Shown: in pieces, positions 17,794 through 26,776 of the stretch
Layout: each line of letters begins with the position of its first letter
How positions within the stretch are numbered: position 1 is the stretch's first letter
DNA from: an uncultured Gammaproteobacteria bacterium
GTDB lineage: Bacteria; Patescibacteriota; Patescibacteriia; UBA9934
NCBI GenBank assembly: GCA_964452565.1
Contig: CAYVLY010000001.1
Location: forward strand, 14,638 to 78,637
Direction of reading: 5' to 3'
DNA length: 64,000 nucleotides
The notes under the pieces: generated by a model
What the model saw: only the letters and a program-made list of their open reading frames with translations
Told to the model about the DNA's origin: nothing
Databases searched by the model: none
Translations under genes and position numbers: made by a program

Positions 17794-20220
17794 ATGCGAT
17801 TGCGTGGTTTTGTTGAAGCTGAAGTTCTATTGGCAGCAGCTCTGCTGTCCATGTTTGTAGTTGCGATTACTGGATCTTTCTATTATGCGCAACAAAGTGC
17901 AGTTTTATTTGGTGGGCGAACAGCTGCTATTCGATTGCTTGACGAGGGCGCAGAAGCTGCGCGCAATATCCGCGATGGAGCGTTTAATGAGCTTATTTAC
18001 GATCAAAGCGCTGTTGAGACAAGTGGCGGTCAATGGATATTCTCAGGAGAGGGAACTGACGAGACGATAGGAGACTATACCCGCACAATCACATTCGAGG
18101 AGGTATGTCGCGACGCCTCAGAAGCGATCACTACTTGCCCGGGCGATCACGTTGATATTGAAACGCAAGAGGTAACTGTAACAATTGATTACACAACATT
18201 CCTAGGCGTTACACAGAGTCTATCTCGTGATTTTTACGTTACTAACTGGCGGGGTGTTGACTGGGTGCAGTCGGACTGGTCTGGAGGAGATGGGCAAACA
18301 ATTTGGGTTAGTCAGAACAAGTATGACAATGATGACGGAAATCTTGAGGTCCAGGCTGCCGGCGAAGTTACTCTCCTCAACGGAGAGCCAGATGATCCAG
18401 GGTTTGATGTAACATCAGATACTGATTCATACGACTGGCCGTTCACGACCCCGAGTAATTACATTTATGACACGGCTGATATTGAAGTAACGGGCGGCGT
18501 TGCTCAACTTAAGTCTGGGGCCGCAACTTTAGAAGGAGATACATTGAACCCAGATTTTGATGTGGATTCATCTTATTGGACTTATAACGACTGGGAAGAA
18601 ACTGGTGGTCGAGTTATTGGCTCGCATCAGGCAACCGGCGGAAGTCCCAATGGATACGTTGATATAACCATTGATGAAGCTAAAAACAGGACACTTTCAG
18701 GATACTGGGAGCAGCCGTTCACAACGCTTGTGGATAATCCAACTACGGCTACATTAGACCTAGATTGGATAATCGATACCTATGACGGCAGTTTTGTCAC
18801 TTCATTTCAAGTCTATGCTTTTGTTGATTCTTCATCTGGATCTCCAAGTGTTGGCACCCAGGTTTGGTCAAGCGGAGAGATAACCGGAACAACGTCTTGG
18901 GCAAGTATTTCAACCGTTGACGTTTCTTCGTCACTGGGAGCGGCTGGTACTTACTACTTAAAGATTGCAGCGCGTGTGATTACAGGTGGTGGTGGAGGTC
19001 CGGCAAGTGGTGAGCAGGTTATTGGCTTTGACAATGTGGATCTCCACTGGGAGTCGGCCACAACTGCATATCCAACAGATGAGCCTGAAATTTATCCAAC
19101 AACAGATTTTACTGTTGCAACTTCTGGAACATGGAGTGCATTTGTGGAGACATCTTCAAAGGGTACGGGTGAGATTTATTATCAGCTTTCTGATGACAGC
19201 GGAACAACTTGGCAATATTGGAATGGCTCCTCCTGGGCCACGGCCGGGGCCGCGGATTACAATACAGCGACAGAAGTTAATTCAAACATAGCCAGTTTTA
19301 ACTCAGCTGCTGGAACGATAAGGTTTAAGGCATTTTTGGAAAGTAACGGTGTTCAGCAGATTCAATTAGATAATGTATATATTGAGTTTACTGAGAGTGG
19401 ATCGCCATGGACCTTTGTCACATGGGATGTGGATGGTGGAGAAGAGACGCCAACTGGCAGCTTACAAACAACAGGCGGAAATCCAGATGGATACGCAGAT
19501 GTTACAGTACTTGCTGGAAATAACGACGAAGTCGGAGGTCTCTGGAAGCAGTCTTTTACAAACTATAAAACAAATCCAACACCAGTAACGCTTGATTTTG
19601 ATTACAAAGTTTTTACATACACTGGCACCCCGGATTTAGCAGAAATCCGTATTTACATTGATACAGCTGACGGAGATCCTGTAACACAAGTTGGCAGTTC
19701 GATTAGTTTGACAGGAACGGGTTCGTGGATAGCGGCATCGCAATACGACCTATCAAGTGCCGTGACTGCAACAGGAGATTACTATCTTAAAGTTGTTCTT
19801 TATGTTGAAACTGGAACTGGTGGAGGTTCAGGTCCGTTTAATGTTGGATTCGACAATGTGAGTTTGGACCTTGGAGATGGCGCGCATCCTTTGAGTGGAA
19901 CTCTTACATCTTCTGCGTTTGATACAGGCGCAACTTCACAGATCCAGATTATTGAATGGGATGAGGATATGAGTATCTGCGACCCAAATTGCGATATTGA
20001 CTTTGAAGTTCGTGCAGCGCCTGATTCTGGCGGATCACCTGGAACATGGTCAAGTTGGTATGGTGCAACTGGATCTGGAACAACGTTTGATGACGCAAAC
20101 GGTACCCTGATCTCAACCGATCTGAACGGCAATCAATGGATTCAATATCGTGTTGAGCTAACCTCAGACGGTGTTGAAACACCTGTTCTTGATGAGGTTC
20201 GAATAAACTACTTGCAATAG
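17794..20220 (+). CDS. Giant (808 aa) pilin-like protein: prepilin N-terminus plus two ~270-aa tandem beta-rich repeat modules (candidate pilus-associated adhesin)
   Basis: Start at ATG 17794, right after the upstream stop (MRLRGFVEAEVLLAAALLSMFVVAITG). Internal repeats: GGSPNGYVDITIDE...YYLKIAARVITGGGGGPASGEQVIGFDNVDL versus GGNPDGYADVTVLAG...YYLKVVLYVETGTGGGSGPFNVGFDNVSL. Confidence 0.7.
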   Translation: MRLRGFVEAEVLLAAALLSMFVVAITGSFYYAQQSAVLFGGRTAAIRLLDEGAEAARNIRDGAFNELIYDQSAVETSGGQWIFSGEGTDETIGDYTRTITFEEVCRDASEAITTCPGDHVDIETQEVTVTIDYTTFLGVTQSLSRDFYVTNWRGVDWVQSDWSGGDGQTIWVSQNKYDNDDGNLEVQAAGEVTLLNGEPDDPGFDVTSDTDSYDWPFTTPSNYIYDTADIEVTGGVAQLKSGAATLEGDTLNPDFDVDSSYWTYNDWEETGGRVIGSHQATGGSPNGYVDITIDEAKNRTLSGYWEQPFTTLVDNPTTATLDLDWIIDTYDGSFVTSFQVYAFVDSSSGSPSVGTQVWSSGEITGTTSWASISTVDVSSSLGAAGTYYLKIAARVITGGGGGPASGEQVIGFDNVDLHWESATTAYPTDEPEIYPTTDFTVATSGTWSAFVETSSKGTGEIYYQLSDDSGTTWQYWNGSSWATAGAADYNTATEVNSNIASFNSAAGTIRFKAFLESNGVQQIQLDNVYIEFTESGSPWTFVTWDVDGGEETPTGSLQTTGGNPDGYADVTVLAGNNDEVGGLWKQSFTNYKTNPTPVTLDFDYKVFTYTGTPDLAEIRIYIDTADGDPVTQVGSSISLTGTGSWIAASQYDLSSAVTATGDYYLKVVLYVETGTGGGSGPFNVGFDNVSLDLGDGAHPLSGTLTSSAFDTGATSQIQIIEWDEDMSICDPNCDIDFEVRAAPDSGGSPGTWSSWYGATGSGTTFDDANGTLISTDLNGNQWIQYRVELTSDGVETPVLDEVRINYLQ

Positions 20221-20222
20221 CT

Positions 20223-20729
20223 ATGCTTTCCAAGTGCAAAGGATTCACACTGGTAGAGATGTTGCTGTATTCGGTTACGGTTAGTTTTGTTATGTTTGGA
20301 ATTGTGGCTTTTCTGACTCTTTCTTTAGAGAATCGAGTTGAAAACACTGTTATTTACGAAGTAGAGCAGCAAGGGAATTACGTTATGAATCTTATAATGC
20401 AAACCATTCGAAATGCAGAGAACGTGACTGCGCCGACTTCTGGAAGCTCAGGATCGTCATTGACTCTCGATGTTTTTGATGTCGGAGTTGATCCAACTGT
20501 GTTTTCATTGTCAGGAACGACTTTGCAGGTGACTGAAGCAGGCGGGGGTGCTGTTGACTTAACATCAGATCAAATCGAAGCCTCGAGTTTAAGCTTTGAG
20601 CATTTATCAAACGGATTTGACCATTCAAGTGTACGGATCGAATTTACACTAACTCACATCAATCCAATTAACAGGCAAGAGTGGGATTATGCAAAAACAT
20701 TCACCACAACAGCGTCACTGCGACAGTAG
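20223..20729 (+). CDS. Pseudopilin (prepilin-type N-terminal cleavage/methylation domain)
   Basis: MLSKCKGFTLVEMLLYSVTVSFVMFGIVAFL, a canonical G|FTLVE signal. Confidence 0.75.
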   Translation: MLSKCKGFTLVEMLLYSVTVSFVMFGIVAFLTLSLENRVENTVIYEVEQQGNYVMNLIMQTIRNAENVTAPTSGSSGSSLTLDVFDVGVDPTVFSLSGTTLQVTEAGGGAVDLTSDQIEASSLSFEHLSNGFDHSSVRIEFTLTHINPINRQEWDYAKTFTTTASLRQ

Positions 20730-21204
20730 ATCGGCGAGTAGATTCTTCGGCCTGTGGCCTCAGAATGACAAAACGACTTGTCATCCTGAGCGAGCCGTAG
20801 GCGAGTCGAAGGATCTACTGGAGGGCTTCACAACATTAGTGGCTGTTTTGATTGTGGGAGCAGTTGCAACAGCCGCAGTTGTCTCAATGCTTGTGTCTGG
20901 TGTTGGTTCACTTCAATCCAGTTTAGCGATCCAAAGATCAGGACTTGCCCGTCATTATGCCGACACGTGTGCAGAAGAGGCACTTCACCAGCTTTCAGAA
21001 GACACGTCGTATGCAGCTGGTGCAACTCTTGTGTTTGATTATGGAAATTGTGCGGTAAATGCCATAAGTGGCTCGGGTGCTACGAATCGAGTTATACAAG
21101 TTACGGGTGCTGTGGATACAGTTGCTAGAAGAGTTGAAGTAGATGTCTCTGACCTTAGCGGACCAGTTATCCTCAATTCATGGCAAGAAGTAGCAAGTTT
21201 TTAG
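20689..21204 (+). CDS. Pilin-like/pseudopilin protein whose N-terminal (leader) region is largely encoded by an in-frame palindromic repeat element
   Basis: Hydrophobic pilin-type helix EGFTTLVAVLIVGAVATAAVVSMLVSG follows an unusually long leader. The leader overlaps the family-C palindrome at 20726-20819. Start is ambiguous: ATG 20689 overlaps the upstream gene by 41 nt; GTG 20839 is an alternative. Confidence 0.45.
   Translation: MQKHSPQQRHCDSRSASRFFGLWPQNDKTTCHPERAVGESKDLLEGFTTLVAVLIVGAVATAAVVSMLVSGVGSLQSSLAIQRSGLARHYADTCAEEALHQLSEDTSYAAGATLVFDYGNCAVNAISGSGATNRVIQVTGAVDTVARRVEVDVSDLSGPVILNSWQEVASF
20726..20819. repeat. Palindromic repeat element, family C (H2-loop-H1 arrangement), inside the 5' end of a pilin-like CDS
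   Basis: agtagattcttcggcctgtggcctcagaatgaca-aaacgactt-gtcatcctgagcgagccgtaggcgagtcgaaggatctact. Same arms as the copy in ugd at 36340-36402. Confidence 0.75.
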
Positions 21205-21235
21205 TATAATGAAAACATATTATTGAACTATTTTT

Positions 21236-21685
21236 ATGAGAAAGGGTTTTACTCTCCTAGAGATTCTTCTAGTTGTTGCAGCGATTGGTATTTTGGCAGG
21301 GATTGTCATCTTAGCACTTAACCCAGGAAAGCAGTTGGCAGACACACGAAATGCTCAACGTCAGGCTGATGTCAACACAATTCTAAATGCTGTTTATCAA
21401 TACGCTATCGATAATGATGGTGATCTTCCCGGTTCAATCCCATCAGATGCAACATGTGGTGATACTGCAACAGAGGAGATTTGCGTGACAGGTGGAACAT
21501 GCACGAGCTTGGTTGATCTTTCAGATTTGACGACGAGCGAGACGTATCTGGTCACGATGCCAGAAGATCCAACAGGTGCAACTACGAATGGTGCTGGATA
21601 TCACATTGTTCAAAGTACAAATGGGCGTGTCACGGTTTGTGCGCCTGATGCAGAAGAAAGCTTGACTATTTCGGTAACACGATAA
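21236..21685 (+). CDS. Type IV pilin (candidate major pilin), tandem paralog 1
   Basis: MRKGFTLLEILLVVAAIGILAGIVILALNP. Cys pair in the C-terminal region. Confidence 0.85.
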   Translation: MRKGFTLLEILLVVAAIGILAGIVILALNPGKQLADTRNAQRQADVNTILNAVYQYAIDNDGDLPGSIPSDATCGDTATEEICVTGGTCTSLVDLSDLTTSETYLVTMPEDPTGATTNGAGYHIVQSTNGRVTVCAPDAEESLTISVTR

Positions 21686-21686
21686 T

Positions 21687-22133
21687 ATGAAAAAAGGATT
21701 TACATTAATGGAAATCTTATTAGTAGTGGCAGCAATAGGAATATTGGCTGGAATTGTGATTTTGGCATTAAATCCTAGCAAACAACTTGCAGATACTCGC
21801 AACGCGCAGCGTTGGTCAGATGTCAACACGATTTTAAATGCAATCTACCAATATTCGATTGATAATGATGGCGATCTACCAACAAGCATCCCATCTTCTT
21901 CAAATTGTAATGCCGCTACTCAGGAAATTTGCAAGACAGATACGTCTTGCACAGGTTTAACAGATTTATCAGATCTAACTGACGGAGAGGTTTACTTGGT
22001 TGCAATGCCATATGATCCATCTGAAGCAACAACAACCTCAACAGATTACGGTGTAGTTAAAAGTGATGACGGACGAATAACAGTTTGTGCTCCTAGCGCT
22101 GAAGAGAGTGAAACAATCGAAGTAACCCGATAA
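21687..22133 (+). CDS. Type IV pilin (candidate major pilin), tandem paralog 2
   Basis: MKKGFTLMEILLVVAAIGILAGIVILALNP. ~60% identical to the preceding gene. Confidence 0.85.
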   Translation: MKKGFTLMEILLVVAAIGILAGIVILALNPSKQLADTRNAQRWSDVNTILNAIYQYSIDNDGDLPTSIPSSSNCNAATQEICKTDTSCTGLTDLSDLTDGEVYLVAMPYDPSEATTTSTDYGVVKSDDGRITVCAPSAEESETIEVTR

Positions 22134-22143
22134 TAACTATCAT

Positions 22144-22554
22144 ATGGCTGAAGATTTCCTAAGCGATAAAGTCATTCTCATTATCGAAGATGAGGAGGCT
22201 TTATATAAAGCCATTAAGAAAAAGCTTGATAATTTGGGCTGCAATACTCTCACGGCTCGGAGTGTTAAGCAGGCATTGGATTATCTTGAAGAAGGCGTAC
22301 AGGTAGATGCTGTGTGGCTTGATCATTATCTTCTTGGAGGTGAGAGCGGACTTGATTTTGTTGTTAAGGTAAAAGAGCCAGATTCGCCTTGGCATAATAT
22401 TCCAGTGTTTGTGATCTCAAACAGCTCATCTGGAGACAAAGTCGAAGCATATTTAAAGTTGGGTGTGTCTAAGTATTATGTTAAGGCAGAGCACTCGCTA
22501 ACAGAGATTGTTGAGGATCTTAAAAAAACAATGATGGAGGCTGATAAAACCTAA
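22144..22554 (+). CDS. Receiver-domain protein (atypical CheY-like)
   Basis: VILIIEDEE ... AVWLDHYL ... ISNSS ... KYYVK. Possibly a degenerate phospho-acceptor site. Confidence 0.6.
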   Translation: MAEDFLSDKVILIIEDEEALYKAIKKKLDNLGCNTLTARSVKQALDYLEEGVQVDAVWLDHYLLGGESGLDFVVKVKEPDSPWHNIPVFVISNSSSGDKVEAYLKLGVSKYYVKAEHSLTEIVEDLKKTMMEADKT

Positions 22555-22929
22555 ATGATTCATATGGATAAAAAGAAAATTCTAATCGTGGAGGACGAAG
22601 ATGTGCAGGCTAAGGCCATGGAGATGAAGCTTACCGATAGGCATGAGCTTATGATTGCAAAGGACGGAGACGAGGGACTTAAGATGGCTCTTAAAGAGCA
22701 CCCGGATTTGATCATTCTCGATCTTGTAATGCCAAAGATGGATGGATTCATGATGTTTGAGGAGTTACGAAAAGATAACTGGGGAGCAACAGTAAAGGTC
22801 TTGGTTCTTACCAACCTGAGTAATCGTGAGGAAGATTTCATCAATAAGGGTGACGTTGAGTATATCGAGAAGACAGACATAAGTTTGCAAAAGCTTGGGG
22901 AAAAGGTGGAGAAAATGTTAGGTGCATAA
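22555..22929 (+). CDS. Stand-alone response-regulator receiver domain (CheY-like)
   Basis: ILIVEDED ... LIILDLVMPKMDG ... TNLS ... K. Confidence 0.8.
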   Translation: MIHMDKKKILIVEDEDVQAKAMEMKLTDRHELMIAKDGDEGLKMALKEHPDLIILDLVMPKMDGFMMFEELRKDNWGATVKVLVLTNLSNREEDFINKGDVEYIEKTDISLQKLGEKVEKMLGA

Positions 22930-23674
22930 TGTGCTGATCGGGGTTTACATTTTTAGTTTTATAGTTGGGACAAGTTTTGGTAGCGCACTTTTGTGCGCTG
23001 CTATGCGTTATGCTGATAAAAAGCCTTGGTGGCGTGGAAGATCGGTTTGTGATCATTGCAGTAAAAAACTTGATTGGGATCAGTTGATTCCCATTGTGAG
23101 TTTTTTGATCTATGCAGGTAGGTGCAAGCAATGCAAAAAGAAGTTGAGGTGGTTTTATTTAGTATTTGAAGTTGTTACAGGGTTGGCAGCTCTGATCGTG
23201 GCTGCTCGATTCATCGAATTCGGTGATTATTGGATACTTGCACGAGATATTGTGATCGTACTTATCGGACTTTTTGCAATGGCTTTAGATTGGCACAAGA
23301 TGCTTGTAAGTGCTCGGCTTATGTTGATTGGATCGATTCTCGTGTTTTTAATCCCATCAACACTCACGGTTGTGGATATGTTGGCAGGTGCTAGTGTAGG
23401 TATTGCATTTTTCGGGATTCAGTATCTTTTGACGCGTGGAAAGGGGATTGGATCGGGTGACACATTCTTGGGGCTTTTTATGGGTTTTGCCTTGGGTTGG
23501 CCTTCAGTGATCATTTCGATATTTATTGGATACATACTAGGAGCAGGACATGCTATTTATCTTCTTGGAACAAAGAAAGCAAATAGAAAAACCAAGCTTT
23601 CGCTTGGGATGTACCTAATGATGGGGCTGATTTTAACGCTCGCAGTTCAACTGCTATCACTTTCGATTTTTTGA
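22922..23674 (+). CDS. pilD: Prepilin peptidase PilD (A24 family)
   Basis: N-terminal CDHC...CKQC zinc motif. Catalytic-region motif GIGSGDTFLGLFMGFALGW. Multi-TM protein. Confidence 0.85.
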   Translation: MHNVLIGVYIFSFIVGTSFGSALLCAAMRYADKKPWWRGRSVCDHCSKKLDWDQLIPIVSFLIYAGRCKQCKKKLRWFYLVFEVVTGLAALIVAARFIEFGDYWILARDIVIVLIGLFAMALDWHKMLVSARLMLIGSILVFLIPSTLTVVDMLAGASVGIAFFGIQYLLTRGKGIGSGDTFLGLFMGFALGWPSVIISIFIGYILGAGHAIYLLGTKKANRKTKLSLGMYLMMGLILTLAVQLLSLSIF

Positions 23675-23853
23675 AAACATCCCGACGATAGGAAGGGCCT
23701 CGGTTGGCCTGACGGAATTATCAGCCAACCGATGAAAATTGGATGCAGTTTACCCCAGGCTGAGAGCCTGGGGGTTGAGGTTGAGGTTGACACCAAGTCC
23801 TACGGAAATTGCATCTTTTCAGATGCCTTTTCTGCATTGCTTGGGGTCTGTTC

Positions 23854-24495
23854 TCATTGAGTGTAGACGGTCATCGCTTCTGTGTGCTTGAGTTCTTTCT
23901 TAACACGCTGCATTCGCTGATCAGCACGGTTGATGATCGAAGTCACGGTTTCTTGTGAGGTTTCAGCGATCGCCCATCCGATGCTGGCACTTTGATTGTG
24001 TTCAGTGCCTTCGTTGGTTGTTATCGGAGTTCTGGCGATTGCCTTGTACACCGAGACTGCCAGTCCCTGAGCACGTTCAGGTCCTGGACATGCGAAGAAG
24101 ATGAGAAACTCCTCTCCACCAAAGCGAACCACAAGGTCGCCTGGTCGGGCGGTTATGAGGATGCGTTTGGCTACTTCGCGAAGGACGAAGTTGCCAACAT
24201 CCTGACCAAAGCGCTTGTTGACTTGTCCGAAGTCGTTGATGTCGATGAACAGGACTCCCAGGGAAGTGGAGGCCCTACCCTCGATGACGAACTCAGCGCG
24301 TTTGCGGAAGTGCTCGATCCTCTCTTCCATGCCACGCATGTTGAGTAGACCTGTAAGGAAGTCATGGCGCGCCTCTTTGAAGTACCTGTCCCGCTGGCGT
24401 AGGAGATACAGGCAGAAGATTCCCAGGCAGATCATGACAACCACCTGAACTCCATTCGCAGCCAGAGAGACTTTGAGGTCGATGAGAGTCTCCAT
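23854..24495 (-). CDS. Membrane-anchored GGDEF-domain diguanylate cyclase
   Basis: N-terminal TM helix. RFGGEEFLIFF (GGEEF) active site. Substrate-binding residues DINDFGQVN conserved. Confidence 0.85.
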   Translation of the reverse strand: METLIDLKVSLAANGVQVVVMICLGIFCLYLLRQRDRYFKEARHDFLTGLLNMRGMEERIEHFRKRAEFVIEGRASTSLGVLFIDINDFGQVNKRFGQDVGNFVLREVAKRILITARPGDLVVRFGGEEFLIFFACPGPERAQGLAVSVYKAIARTPITTNEGTEHNQSASIGWAIAETSQETVTSIINRADQRMQRVKKELKHTEAMTVYTQ

Positions 24496-24889
24496 GAGGA
24501 CTCCTTCTGCCCATTGGGCGATGGTAGGTTGAGAAATAGATTTGGGGGAGAAATAAGATGGTACGGTCTAGAAATATAGCAAAAATTAGGGGTTTTGTCA
24601 ATCCTGTGATTTGACAAGTGAAAACGAATCTGCACTGATTTGTACACAGGAACCCCTTTGTTTATTGAGTAATCAAAAGAAAAGTGCTACGATTTAAGTG
24701 GTATAGCTTTATCAAAACAAGATTGCACATTTTAACTTTATCTTTTTACCTGTAGCACACTTTCAAAATACTCAATGTAGCTAAGGCTATATGTCGCATT
24801 TTGCAAGCGCACTACAGGCAAAAATATTTTGTAAAAAGGCGCAACTTTGTTTTGAAAAAGCTAAAAAACAATTATTAACCTATTTTGTT

Positions 24890-25174
24890 ATGGATAAGCG
24901 ACTTACAAAATCCCAGCTCATGACCGCTATGGCTGAGAAGTGGGGTGTATCTAAGAAAGAGGCAATTGAGACATACGAAAGTCTTGTTGGTCTAATTTAT
25001 GAAGAGATCGGACGGTGTGGAGAGATAATGATGCCAGGTCTTGGAAAGATGGCTAAGAAGCATCGAAAGGCTCGAATGGGACGCAATCCTGCTACAGGTG
25101 AAGCAATCCACATTCCTGCAAAGACAGTTCTAAAGTTTGGAGTTAATAAGGCAGCAAAGGACGCACTTTTGTAA
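24890..25174 (+). CDS. hup: HU/IHF-family nucleoid DNA-binding protein
   Basis: MDKRLTKSQL ... arm RMGRNPATGEAIHIPAKTVLKFGVNKAAKD. The ORF track extends upstream to 24791; ATG 24890 gives the canonical 94-aa size. Confidence 0.85.
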   Translation: MDKRLTKSQLMTAMAEKWGVSKKEAIETYESLVGLIYEEIGRCGEIMMPGLGKMAKKHRKARMGRNPATGEAIHIPAKTVLKFGVNKAAKDALL

Positions 25175-25183
25175 GAAAAGATG

Positions 25184-25213
25184 AAAATCAGCCCGAAAGG
25201 GCTGATTTTTGAT
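25184..25213 (+). terminator. Rho-independent terminator
   Basis: aatcagccc-gaaa-gggctgatttttg. Confidence 0.7.
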
Positions 25214-25300
25214 TTACCCACATCTTGATTAGATTTTAGTTGGGGGCACTCCGTCCCCCAAACCCCTGCCTACCGGCAGGCAGGCCCAGGGCCCCATTTC
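25214..25300. repeat. Cluster of GC-rich perfect hairpins (includes family-B palindrome cctgcctaccggcaggcagg)
   Basis: gggggcactccgtccccc; ccctgcctaccggcaggcagg; ccccatttctttg-aagcagc-aaagaaatgggg. Lies within a 320-nt non-coding stretch. Confidence 0.6.
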
Positions 25301-25531
25301 TTTGAAGCAGCAAAGAAATGGGGAAAAGAAAGGGCGGCCACAGTGCTGCGCTGTCCAGGTATTACCTCAGGCATACGAACGGGCATTTTGAGCTCCATTT
25401 GCATATATGGATAAATGTCACGCAAAATGCTATTCCATTCTCCTGCCCGAGGATAGACCTGGACGTGCTCACAGTGTGGCTGAGATCAGAATCTTGATCT
25501 AAATATAAAAAAGCAGTAATCTATTGCCAGT

Positions 25532-26701
25532 ATGCAGCGCAAGGGACTACTATTTCTGACGTCATTAATCATCTTAGCGGTTCTTGTGTTTGGTTTAAGT
25601 GCCATTGCAGAAGATTGGTCGTGGAACGATGCTCAGATGGCACAGGTTGATAATATTCTTAATGAAGTCTCTGCAGCTAGATTAGATGCAGACGACTCTG
25701 AGATTAATTTCGGGGAGAGCTCTCAAGTAAATGTCTTGCTTTTGGGCCTTGATTCTCGCAAAGAAGACGAAGAACCACATTGTGATGCCATCCACATGTT
25801 CACGCTTGATCTAGTTGATTGGGACATTGTGATAACCACTGTGCCACGTGGGACCTATGCATATATTCCACAGTATCTTGAGGAGACTGAATACTATCTG
25901 GCCAATGCCTGTTCTTATGAAGGGCTTGAGTATGGGATAGATCAAATTGAAAAAGTTGTTGGTGTACAGGCCGACTATGTAGCAACTGTAAACTTTTCAC
26001 AAACACTTGGCATCCTTCGATTGCTCGATTTGCCAACTACTGAAACACTGCAGTGGCTTCGCCATCGTCAAAGTTATCAGATCGGAGAGCCACAACGTGC
26101 TCATAATCAGGCAGTATTTTTGAAGGACATGATCATTGACCATCTTCAAAAGTTTGAAAGTAGCTTTACATTGCCTATGCAGTATCTCTTATATTCTTTT
26201 GTAGATACTGACATGGATTTCTCTACTGCACGCGCTTTGCTGCAAGGGTATATCGATGCGGACATTGATGAGAATCCAGACGAGATTTGGCTCACAATGC
26301 GACCATACTACGAGACTGTGGACTATCATTATGACCCAGAAACTGTAGGCGAGCAGATTGAGGATTGGATTGAGTTTTTGCGACCATACTTATCCTCAGA
26401 TGATTTAACTGAGCTGTCGTTGGATGAGATCCAGGCATCAATCATTGCGTACATGTGGGACTCGATTGAATCTCTTGAGTCGATTGAAGACATTGTGGAC
26501 GATCAACTATGGTTACAAGTTGAAGACGATGATACTCGGGAGGAGCTTCATTATGCAGCAATTGAAGCATACGTAGGACAGCTTGATGATCAAGAAGTAA
26601 TTATCGATACGCTGAGTTTATATATTTTAGAAAAGGAAACACTAGAGCTCGAAGATTGGGCACAAAAGGGAAAAGAGCTATTAGCAAATATGGTAGAATA
26701 G
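25532..26701 (+). CDS. LytR-CpsA-Psr (LCP) family cell-envelope glycopolymer transferase, signal-anchored, with acidic C-terminal extension
   Basis: VLLLGLDSR ... HCDAIHMFTLD ... ITTVPRGTYAYIPQ ... LRHRQSYQIGEPQRAHNQ match LCP core motifs. Terminator hairpin at 26701-26730. Confidence 0.65.
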   Translation: MQRKGLLFLTSLIILAVLVFGLSAIAEDWSWNDAQMAQVDNILNEVSAARLDADDSEINFGESSQVNVLLLGLDSRKEDEEPHCDAIHMFTLDLVDWDIVITTVPRGTYAYIPQYLEETEYYLANACSYEGLEYGIDQIEKVVGVQADYVATVNFSQTLGILRLLDLPTTETLQWLRHRQSYQIGEPQRAHNQAVFLKDMIIDHLQKFESSFTLPMQYLLYSFVDTDMDFSTARALLQGYIDADIDENPDEIWLTMRPYYETVDYHYDPETVGEQIEDWIEFLRPYLSSDDLTELSLDEIQASIIAYMWDSIESLESIEDIVDDQLWLQVEDDDTREELHYAAIEAYVGQLDDQEVIIDTLSLYILEKETLELEDWAQKGKELLANMVE

Positions 26702-26739
26702 ACACGTAATGAGCGTGTCTGTTTTATTTTGAGTTCTAA

Positions 26740-26761
26740 CCCCTTCCTTACGAAGGAGGGG
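26740..26761 (+). promoter_or_regulatory. SD/anti-SD hairpin (family D) in 5' leader of the DUF559 gene
   Basis: ccccttcctt-acg-aaggagggg pairs a Shine-Dalgarno-like AAGGAGG with a 16S-3'-end-like CCTCCTT. A second free SD (gataggggagg) follows immediately, before the ATG. Confidence 0.45.
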
Positions 26762-26776
26762 ATAGGGGAGGTTTTC

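Noticed and set aside
25300-25345. SRP RNA domain IV, because of an AAGCAGC loop
   Set aside because: The flanking sequence does not reproduce the conserved GGAAGGAAGCAGCC...GCAG internal loop pairs. It is just the loop of one of several palindromic hairpins.
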